A stretch of 64,000 nucleotides of DNA from Convolutriloba macropyga. Its lineage: Eukaryota. The number at the start of each line of letters is the position of its first letter. Position 1 is the stretch's first letter. This document shows positions 36,401-47,955 of this stretch, piece by piece. The notes beneath the pieces are model-generated. The model had not been told where the DNA came from. It did no database searches and worked only from the letters and a program-made list of their open reading frames with translations. Both the position numbers and the translations under genes were made by a program. The DNA is taken from assembly GCF_964194025.1 (NCBI RefSeq), contig NC_134471.1, forward strand, positions 13,702,001 to 13,766,000, in the 5' to 3' direction.

Positions 36401-36911
36401 TTAAGTCGTGTATTCCCACAATTGTCAGGTGCGCCGGAGGGTCACCGAAACAAGTTCCTTGAAACACACACACACACACACAAACCAAAAACTCAATATC
36501 AGAAGAAACTTTTTTGTGCTTTATTTTATTGTGTCTACATTTTCATTTCAAATGTTGCCTTTTCTTGCCGGGAGTGTAAAGGAACCAAGTTCCTTTATAT
36601 TTTCCTCCACCACCTACACTTTCGTCCTCCAAAACCCATTCATTTCCTGATTTCCATTCCCCCAACCTATTTCCATTAAAGCTATTTATTTAAGTTGATT
36701 TTATTGAAGAAGTCAGAAGTGGTTGACATTCACTTTCAATATTATTTATAGTAAGGGATTTCCCGTTTTTAAGCACAACTTGTGTGCCAATGGCGCGAAT
36801 TATGATGTATTTATAGAGCTTGACTTGCTACCATGGTTGTGAATTTCAGAAATACAAATATTAATGAAAAGTTATCTTGGTATGCAAGATTTAGGCCGAA
36901 AAGCATAAACA
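30462..36911 (+). mobile_element. Bel/Pao LTR retrotransposon, right copy
   Basis: TSD GCTGA at 30457-30461 and 36912-36916; 5' LTR 30462 to about 30663, truncated by a deletion that also removes the PBS; 3' LTR 36575-36911; gag (FTGDPLRW..QKTTYL, zinc knuckles), PR, RT, RNase H and IN with many stops; about 0.4-kb deletion at 33403. Confidence 0.95.
36575..36911 (+). repeat. 3' LTR of right Bel/Pao copy
   Basis: TGTAAAGG..GCATAAACA, preceded by CCGGGAG. Confidence 0.92.
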
Positions 36912-38094
36912 GCTGACATCCTTTGAGCATTAATGAACCTTCTGTATTAGTAATACTAATTTTAGTTAAATGTCACTTTTTCTGTAAAATACTTAAGGTA
37001 ACGAGTTTCATATTTTATCTTAAATCCGGGAAATTAAATATCACAATTAACCTGCAAGATGACAATTTCACTCTGCGCAAACAAAAGAATTTGTGGGATA
37101 TGCTAATGAACTGATTAACAAAAATCGAACACAAATTTTTTGTTTATTGGTTTGCGTATACTCAATATTTATATCAACATCATGATACTACCATACGAAA
37201 TTGACAACCAGGATCTCTATTTTAAGTTTCATGTCTGAACACTTTTTGTTTCATTGTATCAAAAATACCAGAATTGTGAAATCTAAAAAAAAACAATTCT
37301 AAAAGTATTCTACTAAAAAAGAACCTAATTTTGGCGAGTAGGTTTGCTCGAAAATGTCTCCATTTTTGAAAATTCGAGTCAAACAGTTTAGTTTTAACCT
37401 TATGTGGACAACAGTGATATTGAGGAGAAGCATTTGATATCTACGATTACTAATTTTGCATTTGATATCTACGATTACTAATTTTAAACAAGTGTCACAT
37501 CAGTGCCACGTCAATCCTCGCCGTGTCCCTAGTCGAGACCTGGAATCATTAAAAGACAGTCCTCGACAGATTTAAGGTATGAAAAGACTGTCCTCGGCAG
37601 ATATTGGGTATGAAAAGAATTTTTCTGGACCTAATGTGATGTCCTGGACTTTGGCTGGAACTAAAACAACCATCCTTGAATTTGGCTTGAACTTAAACAT
37701 ACGTCCTGGAATTTGGCTGGACAAAAGTGATCTAGAATTTGGCTGGATCGATATCAGTTGTTCTGGAATTTGCAAGCTCTTTTTTTTGGAAACAAAAAGA
37801 AATTAAATTGTCACTGAAACACAGAAACGTTTGATGGAGTATTGAACTTGTGAATTTGAGGACATGCTACAACAAACATTTGGTCAATCAAAAATTTGTC
37901 AACGCTAAAAAGTGCTAAGAGATGTAAGATTAGCGGTGAATTTGAATCAATGATTTGCGCTAAATGCAATGAATGTGGTGAAAAAAAATTCACCGCTAAA
38001 AATAGCAATTCTTACAAAAATTCACCACTAAATTCACCGCTAATCTTTCATCATTTAATGTAAAAGAAACCAATTTGTCAAATTAAAATTACTT

Positions 38095-38895
38095 CCAATA
38101 CTTAAAACAAACGTTTTCGAACTTTACGTTCATCGTCAGGTTAAAACTGTTTTACAAATTGTTAAAAGATAAAATGAATATATATTTACATTTGTCTGAG
38201 ATGACAATTAAAACAATTCTAGGAAACATTATAAAAAATTCAATCGAAAATTTTTCCTTATATACAATATTTAGCCTATTTACAACACATATTTACATCT
38301 GTTATCGATTTACTTAAAAACATTCCTATTCCGGATTTTTCGATTTTGTCCATGTTCTTGTATTTTTAGGGTTATTCCGAATTTGCCCTAACCATAAGTA
38401 TCTCTCTTGTGGAGGTTTTGCAAATTTCGTTTTGTCATGCACAAAATGTTTTTTGCCCTATGCATTCTCATTTAGTCAAAAATATGATTTGAACTAATAT
38501 TTTAGCGTGAGTTCCCTCCCCCTATATTCGTCGCGTGTGTTTAGTGCCGGCTTCAGCTTGCTGATATATATAGCTTCGATTATCATTAGTTTTTCTACTG
38601 ACCGACAGGCGTCCAGAATTCTCCATTCAATGTCATTCGTGGCGCCACGACATTCAACTAGTGACCCACCTGTGAATCCTTCTTTTGATGTTCTGTTATC
38701 CTTGTGGTAACATGCCGGCTTGTTTGCCCAACATAGATGGATCCGCATCCATTACATTTAATTTCATATACCACGTGGGATTTCAGATCTCTATCAAAGG
38801 ATGATTTCAAGGTGGGGAGGCACGATCTTAATTTTCGCGTTGTAAAAACTACTTGCAATTCGCATAGTTTCTTCAATTTGCTTGCGAAGTTTTCA
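38095..38895 (-). mobile_element. 5'-truncated Penelope-like element (GIY-YIG endonuclease and 3' tail)
   Basis: VVYEIKCNGCGSIYVGQTSRHVTTRITEH..LMIIEAIYISKLKPALN across a frameshift (ORFs 38658-38876 and 38494-38748). Confidence 0.85.
38101..38148 (-). ncRNA. Minimal hammerhead ribozyme-like motif at the Penelope 3' end
   Basis: Minus strand ..UUAAC CUGACGA U GAAC-GUAAA-GUUC GAAA ACGU UU GUUUUAA: both conserved boxes, stem II, palindromic stem III; stem I imperfect. Confidence 0.65.
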
Positions 38896-39699
38896 TCATT
38901 TAATCAAATTTTCATCATTTGAAAAGTTGTATTAAAGACATGCAAGAATAGCGCTGAATAATCAGCAACCTCGTAATACTAAAAAAGATTAATTACTATA
39001 CTACTTTTTAATTCATTATTTACCTCCGCCTCCTACTTGGAATTATTAGGTCTTTTCATAAATTCCAGGTCTCGACTAGGGGTGCGTTGTCACATTGTCA
39101 CCCCTGTCGGCTATTAGAATCGCTAACCTCCAATATCTGGCAAACGTTTGAGTTAGAAAAAAAAATGAATGACATACTAATTGATAATTATCTGAATAAA
39201 ATCCTCTCGTGACAATAGTTTTGGACAATCGTAGCGAACTCCAGGTACGAATCAGTACTGGGCACACATAAACGCAGGTCTTTAAACAAAACAGTACTGA
39301 TTCATTACAATATCAATTGTATAAGACTTGAATAGCACTTGTTAAGTTGATTCCGAAGTCAGAACGCATGCCACGATAGTAGCATGCCACGATTCCATGA
39401 TTAATTTTAGTCACTTTACCGGGTTGCTTCTAAATCAACCCTCAGTTACCAAAACGGTCAATTAGCACTGCGTGTGTAAAAGGCGACTCACTACTGCGTT
39501 TTTAATCTGTTTGCAATCCTTTTAAACAGGTTTCAACAAAAAAGCATCAAAGTAGCCAAAATCGGAGAACTTTTGTAACTTTTAGATACAATCAAAATTC
39601 GAGCGTATCCAGCCGTGCGGAAATTGTTGAAAAAAGGAACACAGTGAGGGTACCCTTGTAGGAACTAGGTCACATAATCTCAAATAGAGTCTGTGTCGA

Positions 39700-42600
39700 C
39701 CCACTTTTGTTCAGAACGTTGATAGGACCGGAATTCAGCAACAACATCAATTCATCCAAAATTTCCAAATCAAGCCTATGCCTCAAATCGGACTGGTCTG
39801 GTAGATTTTGAACTTTGTTCTACGGTTTCTTTGGTGTTCTCGGTATTTTTTCTGTTTATTGCTATGACGCCAAAAACTTCAAATCATAGTCAGATTTATC
39901 TGTAAAAAATTACACTGACCAGTAAAACTTGTAAAAGCCCAAGCTGCCCTCACTTAGTTCTAGTGTATTATAATTATACTAGGTGTAACCAAATTATTTC
40001 AGTCTTCTTTGGGTTATAATCGATTTAGTGAGTTAAAATCAATAATTGATACTATCTGGGGGCCAACACTCGCTTTTCTTAATTTCGTGGAAACGTTTGT
40101 CAATTGGCGGAAAAGTTTGTGAAAAAAGATCGTCACGTATGTATTTGAAGATGATTTAACGGGCAAATAAGTGAGCTATGTCCAGTCCCGACTGGTTACA
40201 TTGGTCAGAATTAATTTTTTGGCATCGGTACCCCTGGAAAATACTATATGCTTGGGGCTCGTTCTCCAAGAAATTTTCTAGAGTCATAGGACACTCATTT
40301 TTCAATACGACTTAACTTATGATCTCTTCTGGTTAATTAAACTATTCCGGCGTAGTTTGATTCAGATTTTGACCAGCTTTTGAAACAAGTTCTTCGTTTT
40401 CTTTGATTTTGATTCTTTTTTGCCTAAAAACCTTAAATCAGTGTCAATTTGGTCTAAGGATACCGATATTATCTCGTTTGCTTAAAAAATCACTTTTGGT
40501 CCATTTTTTCAAATACAATGCTCATGTTTCTGAGTTGTGTTCTCGTTTTTTAATTACTTTATTCTTTATGACCTCAAAAAATTAATTTAAATTCGACTTG
40601 CTTTAGAAAAGTTATACTATCAAGTTTGGGTCAAGAACAAAAAAATATTCTGATGTCTTTAATTTCCTTCAAATAAGATGCTAATAGGTTTTTTTGGTGT
40701 TCTCGAAAATTTTGTCTATTTCTTGCTATGACGCCAAAAACTTCAAATCATAGTCAGATTTATCTGTAAAAAATTGCACTATCGTGTTTGGGGTCAAAAA
40801 CGCAAAAAAAAAACAGTTCTGAAGTCTTTATTTTTACGTGTTCTCGTTTATTTAGCGTTTTGACCGAAAAAGCTTAAACCATAGCTGATTTGATTTCAGA
40901 AAATTTAAATTATCTAGCTTGGGGTCAAAAAAAGAAAAAAAATAATTCTGATACTTTTATATTTTCATACGATGCCCTTATGCTTCTTGCTTTCAATTTG
41001 GTTTTTATTTTACCATTTTGGTCAATTGCAACAGGATGCGTATTGACGGAACCTAAATTTCAGTTAAATTTTAAACTGAATGACGGATTTTTTTCGCTGC
41101 TTTTGACTTTTTTGGAACTTTTTGAGAGTAAAAAATAAGAATTCACTCAATCTGGGAAGTAAAACAAAATTGGTCCTTGATTGAAAAGTAAAGAACAGAA
41201 TTGGCTCCAGTCTGGTCATTAAAAAACTCAGAATTCGCGCCAAACTGACAATTGTGGAATCACTAGTCACACACGGTTGTTATTAAAAATTTAGATATTA
41301 ATCAGTGCGGCAAACCGTACTGAAGAGAAAATGCACTTAAACGAGCCCATTACTGAATCTTTCTTGCAATTTGACTCGGACTAGGAGGAAAACTAGCAAA
41401 TTTTATCCTCATACCTGATGATCGATCCCACAAATAGATTACCGAATGGGGACTAAAAAATTATTTGGGGAAATCAGCATCAGCAGTAATCAATCTAAAA
41501 TTTCCAAATCATGCCATTGTATCAATTCAGCTGGTATGGGAGCCCAAGTTGCGTTCAGCTAATTCTAGTGTGTTATATTTATACAAGATTTTATCAAATA
41601 ATTTCAATCCCATGAGCTATTATCGATTTAATGAGTTATAATCGATAATTTCTAATATCTGTAAGGACAGCATTCGCTTTGCTTCAAATCGTGGGAAAAC
41701 TTGTCATGTAGATAACTAGCTGATTTTATGGGCAATCAATTGAGCTGTGTCCGGTCACAATTAAATTGTTACGTTGTACAGAATTTTGGTTTTTAGCAAC
41801 GGTACACCCAGAAAAATTGATGTCAAAAATTCGTTCTCCAATAACTTTTCTAGTGCACTATGAAACTCATCTTTAAATACGATCTAACTTATGATCTGAA
41901 TCAGATTTCTGAATGAGATTTCGACAAACTATTAGCGAAAAAGCGCCAGGTACCCGATTGTCAGAAAACAAAAAATTCAAATAATATGCCTTTATTTTCA
42001 ATTACGACCCTCAATTTTCTGGAATATCTTTTCTCGGTTTCTGTAAATTTCTCTCATTTTCTCCCAAAAAACGTTAAATCATTGTTAATTTGGTGTCAAA
42101 AAAATAATATTATCTCGATTGGGGCCAAAAACGATTAAAAAATTAGATCTGATACCATTTTCAAACGCCATGCTCATATTTCGGGGGTGTGTTCTGTTTT
42201 TGTCATTATTTTTCGTTATAAACACAAATATTTTAAATCATAGTCAACTTGGTTTAAAATATTACACTATAAACTTTGGGCCAAGAACAAAAAAAACCAT
42301 TCTGACGTCTTTTTTTTCAAATAGGATGCTAATGTTTCTTTTGTATTCTCATTTTTTTCTCCTTTTTGTTATGAACTCTAAAAATTTGTTAAGACTGTTA
42401 ACAAAAGTCAGATTTTTCTGTAAAAAATTATATTGTGTTTAGGTCAAAAACGAAAAAAGTAGTTCTGATGTCTTTATTTTTAAGAACGGCGCTCATGTCT
42501 CCCGGGCGTTTTCTCGTTTTTTACCGTTATGACCCAAAAAGCTTAAACCATAGTTTATTTGATTTTAGAAAACTAACATCATATTGATTGGGATCAAAGA

Positions 42601-43550
42601 ACGAAAAAAAAATCAATTCTGATACCTTTATATATAACCAAAGATTGTCACATAGATAGTTACAGCTGATTGTACAGGCAATCAATTGAGCTATTTCCAA
42701 ACCCAATTAGATTATTACGTTGTTCAGAATTATAAATTTTAGTATCGGTACAACCCGACAAAAAATTATATGCCTGATGCTCGTTCGCCAGTTACTTTTC
42801 TAGAGTACAAAGGGAGCTCATTTTTCAATACGACTTAATTTATGATCTCTTCTGACTAACTTAACTAATCCGGCGTAGTTTTATTCAAATTGTGATAAGT
42901 TATTAGCCGACGAGCGTCAGGTATCCATTTGTCAGAAAACAAAAAAATCAACTATGGCGCCTTTGTTTTCAATTGCAAAGCTCAATTTTTTGAAAAATGT
43001 TTTTCGGTTTCTTTGATTTTGTGTCATTTTTACCCAAAGAACCTTAAAAAACTGTCATTTTGTTAACAAAACCAATATTATCTCGTTTGGTTGAAAATGA
43101 AAAAGAAATCATTTCTGATGCCTTTTTCAAATACAAAATGATGTTTTGGTGTTGTGTTCAGGTTTTTTGAATTACTTTATTCACTAAAGTCTCCAAAATT
43201 TTAAACAATATTTGACTGGATTTTAAAAAATTATACTATCAAGCTCTGCTCAAGAACAAAAAAAAACATTTCTGATGTCTTAATTTCTTTCAATAAGATA
43301 TTATTATGTTTCTTTGGTGTTCTCGATATTTTTTCTGTTTTTTGCAAACTTGAATTCAGAGTCAGATTGATTTGCAAAAACTTACATTAGCGTGTTTGGG
43401 GTCAAAAATGAAAAAAATCCATTCTGATTTTATTTCAGCTTTGTTTGGGTTGTTCGCGTTCTATAGCGTTACCAGCTTAACACATCTTAAATCATAGTTA
43501 ACTTGGGATAAAAAAAATTACATTGTCATGTTTAGGGTCATTTTCTAATA
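39700..43550. repeat. Degenerate A/T-rich repeat family (short units of roughly 130 bp inside larger duplicated blocks)
   Basis: CTATGACGCCAAAAACTTCAAATCATAGTCAGATTTATCTGTAAAAAATT at about 39862 and 40726; AATACGA..TAA.TTATGATCT at about 40304, 41876 and 42827; recurring AAATCATAGT..GGGTCAAAAA units. Confidence 0.65.
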
Positions 43551-46500
43551 CTTTACCTCTGTCCCAAACATAACTCATTTAAACATTTGATCATAAAAAT
43601 ACTAATACCATTTTATATTAGACTTTAGCATATTAATGCATATACACACCGCATATTCCATTCTACAGTGTATGGCTATGCAGAGCATTCAATAGTGACT
43701 GAGAATATTAAGACAGCTAGGAAAATTATTATATCTTAACTGTCAAAGTATTAGTGCAGATAGTTCATGTTATTCTCAACCTTAATAAATTTTAGGAAAA
43801 TATTCAATAATTGTGCAAAAACAAATTCTTTTTTGAAAATTCTAATTGCAGATTTATTGATCTACATGTTTTCAGCTTTCCTTTCATACATAATTTATTT
43901 ATCCACAAATATTACAGAACAGAAGAATATTACAAATATTACAGAACAGAGGGACGTTATATGTTTTGACTGCAGATATACGGTCCAGAGATTTTATTTT
44001 ACTGCCATTTTGGAACTGTTTGCTCCATGCATGATGTATTATTAAAGCTATTACGTGACTCAGTGGTATGCCGAGCAACCATGCAATTGAATATTGTTGT
44101 ATTAAGGGAATTGCATTTCTTTCATGAAACTTTTTACATGTTTTTGCCACTTTGCTAAAACCAAAAAATACATAAATTATGAGCAACGTTGATATCCCCA
44201 TACACTACATTCCTTACATCGGTTTTTAGTTCACTTTTTCATATACTTTTTTTGATTTGGTAAAAGGAAGCGTCGCCTTGTTCTTTTAGTTGCTCAAATA
44301 TCTCCGCCCGCTTTTCCGGCCACGTTTAGAAGAAGCACTTGTAGTAAAGTTTACTTCCGACTGATTGAAAGAATATAAATGTTCAGTAAAACCACTGACT
44401 TCAAAGCTCTGGGATTTATCAATTGACTTGCTTATTAAAAGGAAGCTTTCAACCCCAGCATAGTTTAACCACGGTTTACTTCTCTGTGACGCACGCCATT
44501 GCCGTAACTTTTGAATTTAAGTTCATTTCGAAGAAGTTACTTGTTAGAGAATTCCCAGGCCCATACCATTGAAATGTAGAAGTAGTAACAGTAGCCAAAA
44601 ACACTAAGTTGAATAACAATAAGTCTAACTTGGGAATAAAATTTTAGTGCCTGCTTTTTTGAACGATTGGCGTACCGTACTCAAAAAGTTTTATAAAATC
44701 ATCATAACGAAATGCAAGCCCGGAGCACAAATGAAGGACAATTCTTCTCCCTTCAAGGTTACAGAAATTGAACCTTCCCCTCTTGTCTTGATATCTCCAT
44801 CAAACCAGCGAGCATTAAGTTTTACAGTTGCATCACATTTTGTTTTTGAAGGGCTGTGGAATTGAAAATAGCAAAATTTTTTTGACTGAAAAATTATATG
44901 CCCAGGAAAATTTGTTAACACCACTACATTCTAGCGGATCATGTATTTGCGATTCTCTTCCTTGTGGTCTTTATGAAGAAGAAAGATGAAAATAATTGTC
45001 AACTAGATTTTGAAAATCCAACAAATTTTCAAAATCGCCGAGGAAATTATGAATTTTGTTTCAAATTAAAACAGTTTGTGTTTCCATACTGCACCTGGCA
45101 AATTTAACCAGCCACTAAAAAAATACCTTGCATTGCAAGATGACGATATTTTTTTATTGTTTCAAGCCCGGTTCCAGCACTGTTTACGTCAGCAACTGGT
45201 ACTGATAATCACCCGAGTAATTTTAATTTATCTTAATTACGGTACGTTGAACTGAACATTTCAATACGAGCGAGAATGGCAAGGTGATTAATAATTTGCC
45301 ACTACATGTCTGAACCATTACATCTTTAAAAAATAACTTACTTACCATATCTAAAATTAGAAAACTACAACATGTTCAGTTCAATATTGCAACAATTAAT
45401 TGTCTGAGAAACAGGTTTACAGCTACAACAATTTGGTAGTTAACGATTATCATTGGAATCATTTTTTTCATTGTATCAACCCTTCTCCGATGTGGGGTGG
45501 GTATATAGAGAATTGGTTTGGAAAATGACACATGTTGCTCTAGGTGACCATTGGGAGGAAAGAGATAATTCAAACCATTTATAATTGTCTCCGAGGAGGA
45601 TCTGCAACTCTAACGAATTCAGCATACAGATGATCTAATGAAGAATAATTGGGTTTTAAAGGAAGTTCAATCTGGACAAGCTCTAAGTCCAAGACCCCCG
45701 AGTTATTAAAAAGTGAAAGGCTCTCCAATGAAATTACTTTGTGAACAGTTTGCACTACAGATACAAAGCAATTAATCAGCTAATATGCATCACAATTATT
45801 TTGAACAAAAATGCTGAGGTAACGCAATTTGGTGGCTATTTTTATTAAAGAGGCTCAGTAACCTTAAAAACTTTGTTTTCAGAAAATTTTTGATGAATGT
45901 ATGTTGACTAAAGACTTAATTAACCAAACTAGTTTTGATGTGGCCCATTGAAAGAGGAGCAGTGTCATGTTATGAGTTCTCTAATATTTATTAGTTCATT
46001 CAAGAGGAGCAGTTTCATGTATGAATTCTCTAAGATTTAAGACTATAATTCTCTAGTTTATTTATCAAATGCAGGTCTTGCCAATAGAGGCAAATGTCTT
46101 TTAAATCTCTCAAAATTTAATAGTTCTGATTGGCTAACAAAAGTACTTGAAATATTATAGAACTGACCAAAATCAAGTAAAGACAGTTGTTGAAGAATAG
46201 TAGCTTGAAAGCAGATGAAAAGATGTTAAAGGTTGCACCAAAAGGAAGAAATATCAAAATAATTGAAGTATTTTGAAAGAGATAGGAACAGACCACACAA
46301 AGAACGTTTTTGATTTTGATTTTCTATTGAAGTTGAAAGTTTCTTGGAACTTATACAATGTCATATGTTACACATAAATCATTGACTGGCGCCATAAAGG
46401 CTCGGATATTGTAGTCAGAGGACTTATTAAATTATTATATGGCATTTGGAATCCACATTTGATTCTTTGTGTACGCTAAAAGAATAACTTTGTGGTTTAA

Positions 46501-47076
46501 CTATATTCAGAAATCGAATTTGAGGTTATTTGGAAAATTTTTTCGTGACTATTTTTTATAAATGAGCATTTATAAGTATAAACTGTCTTCAGAGTATGCC
46601 AAATTTCTGTTATCTGTTTGGACTTACTCTTTTATTTAGTGCCCTACTTTGCAAATGATATTGCAAGTTAGGGTCTTTTTTCGAATCGCAATGTGATGCC
46701 GGGGGTATCATATAGGTGATGACCTATCAGATAAAAACAAAAAAAATAAATGGAGAGATATTTTCGAAAAATAGATGTATGATTCTTGGTATTCGTACTA
46801 GGATCAAATGTTTTCTTGGTAATCATACAAGGATCATATATAATTTCTTTGGTTTCATACAAGGATCGTACTAAGAAATCAAGTATGGACAGTATAAAAT
46901 CATGTATGATCCTTGTATGAAATCAAAGAAACTTCAACCCGGTACTCAAAGCATTCGAATACCTGAAAACAAAAAGATTACACTGAGATAACAAATCTGA
47001 TTTCAATTGAATAACCCGTACATAAGATCTGCTACCTTATCAGTTTTGCGATCCTTGTCAGTTTTGTAGATAGAAA

Positions 47077-47196
47077 ATGAGCGGAGAAGCGAATGTGAAG
47101 CAGTTTCTGAATGAATGGCTAGTGAAGCAAAAATTGTCACCCAATTATGATGTGCGCCCGATTGCTAATAAAAAGCGGATGCGTTTTATATGTGAA
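47077..47196 (+). CDS. DHX9: DHX9 / RNA helicase A / maleless, coding exon 1 (dsRBD1, first half)
   Basis: MSGEANVKQFLNEWLVKQKLSPNYDVRPIANKKRMRFICE then GTAAGA donor; parallels the DHX9 N-terminus (VKNFLYAW..PSYEIR..FMCE). Confidence 0.85.
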
Positions 47197-47435
47197 GTAA
47201 GATACTGAACATGTTTTAATCAGTTGTATATAATTTTCGGGATATCTTCGTGGGCTTATGTCTGTTACGACCCCCCCAGGCGCACAAACTATTTTTTTAC
47301 ATTGTAACGTGCTATATAACAACATATAAATTGTAACGGGGGGAGTAAAAAAAAACAATGGGGGGTACAGACTAGATCCAATTTTGGATAATTTGTTCTT
47401 AATTTCGATGATTTATGGATATTGATATTTTTTAG

Positions 47436-47576
47436 CTCCGTGTTCCTGGATTCACTTACGTGGCGATCGGTAATTCAACCAGCAAAAAAGATGCGCAAAC
47501 ACATGCAGCTCGAGATTTCCTAAATTTTTGTGTGAGGTCTGGGAGACTGCAACAACATGAGGTGCCGGAGTTTAAT
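47436..47576 (+). CDS. DHX9: DHX9 coding exon 2 (dsRBD1, second half)
   Basis: TTTTTTAG acceptor, LRVPGFTYVAIGNSTSKKDAQTHAARDFLNFCVRSG..EVPEFN, GTAAGT donor; GNSTxKKDAQxxAARDF is the DHX9 dsRBD1 signature. Confidence 0.9.
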
Positions 47577-47748
47577 GTAAGTACCTTAGGGTTTATTTGG
47601 AGCATTGAAACGTTATTATGGCCGAACTCTGATTCCTAATTGCCGAGGAAAATGTCTGCCAATTAATGTTTTACTTAGCTGCCTGATGCTTATTTTGCTT
47701 ATATTTGGCACACGCTTGAGTTTCTTAGAAAATCAATATTGTTTCAAG

Positions 47749-47955
47749 TTGGAAGCGGAACTGGAGACGGCTCAAGCACATCTTCAGCAACCCCCGCCTC
47801 CAGTGTTTCCAGCGCCTGGTAGTGGACGCTTCTCAGACGACACGAGTCATCCAAAGTCTACCGGAGATTTCAGAATGAACGCCTACGTGGGAGTTGGTGG
47901 TCACAGACCGATGGATCCAAATTTGATTTTGCAACAGCGAGCTGATGTTGAGAGT
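47749..47955 (+). CDS. DHX9: DHX9 coding exon 3 (Pro/Gly-rich inter-dsRBD linker)
   Basis: TTTCAAG acceptor, open phase-0 frame LEAELETAQ..QQRADVES, GTAAGC donor. Confidence 0.7.

Larger units (their letters stand above)
37527..39081. mobile_element. Non-autonomous DNA transposon with 20-bp TIRs (possibly CMC/EnSpm-like)
   Basis: CCCTAGTCGAGACCTGGAAT at 37527-37546 and its perfect reverse complement at 39062-39081; flanking GT/GT possible 2-bp TSD; subterminal TATGAAAAGA repeats. Confidence 0.7.

Noticed and set aside
36460-36679. env-like hydrophobic extension of the Bel integrase ORF
   Set aside because: The frame simply runs through a variable (CA)n tract into the 3' LTR; no envelope features.
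21317-36911. Two independent head-to-head Bel/Pao insertions
   Set aside because: Same TSD (GCTGA), same flanks and shared stop codons indicate one insertion that was duplicated.
1-37095. Palindromes as fold-back read or amplification chimeras
   Set aside because: Arms differ by many substitutions and by large arm-specific indels, which a technical chimera would not produce; read confirmation is still advisable.
43767-44620. Short ORFs as host genes
   Set aside because: No recognisable motifs and no consistent splice structure.
46760-46945. Inverted repeat upstream of DHX9 (CATACAAGGATC / GATCCTTGTATG) as a regulatory hairpin
   Set aside because: More likely a remnant of a small transposon with internal repeats; termini and function cannot be supported.
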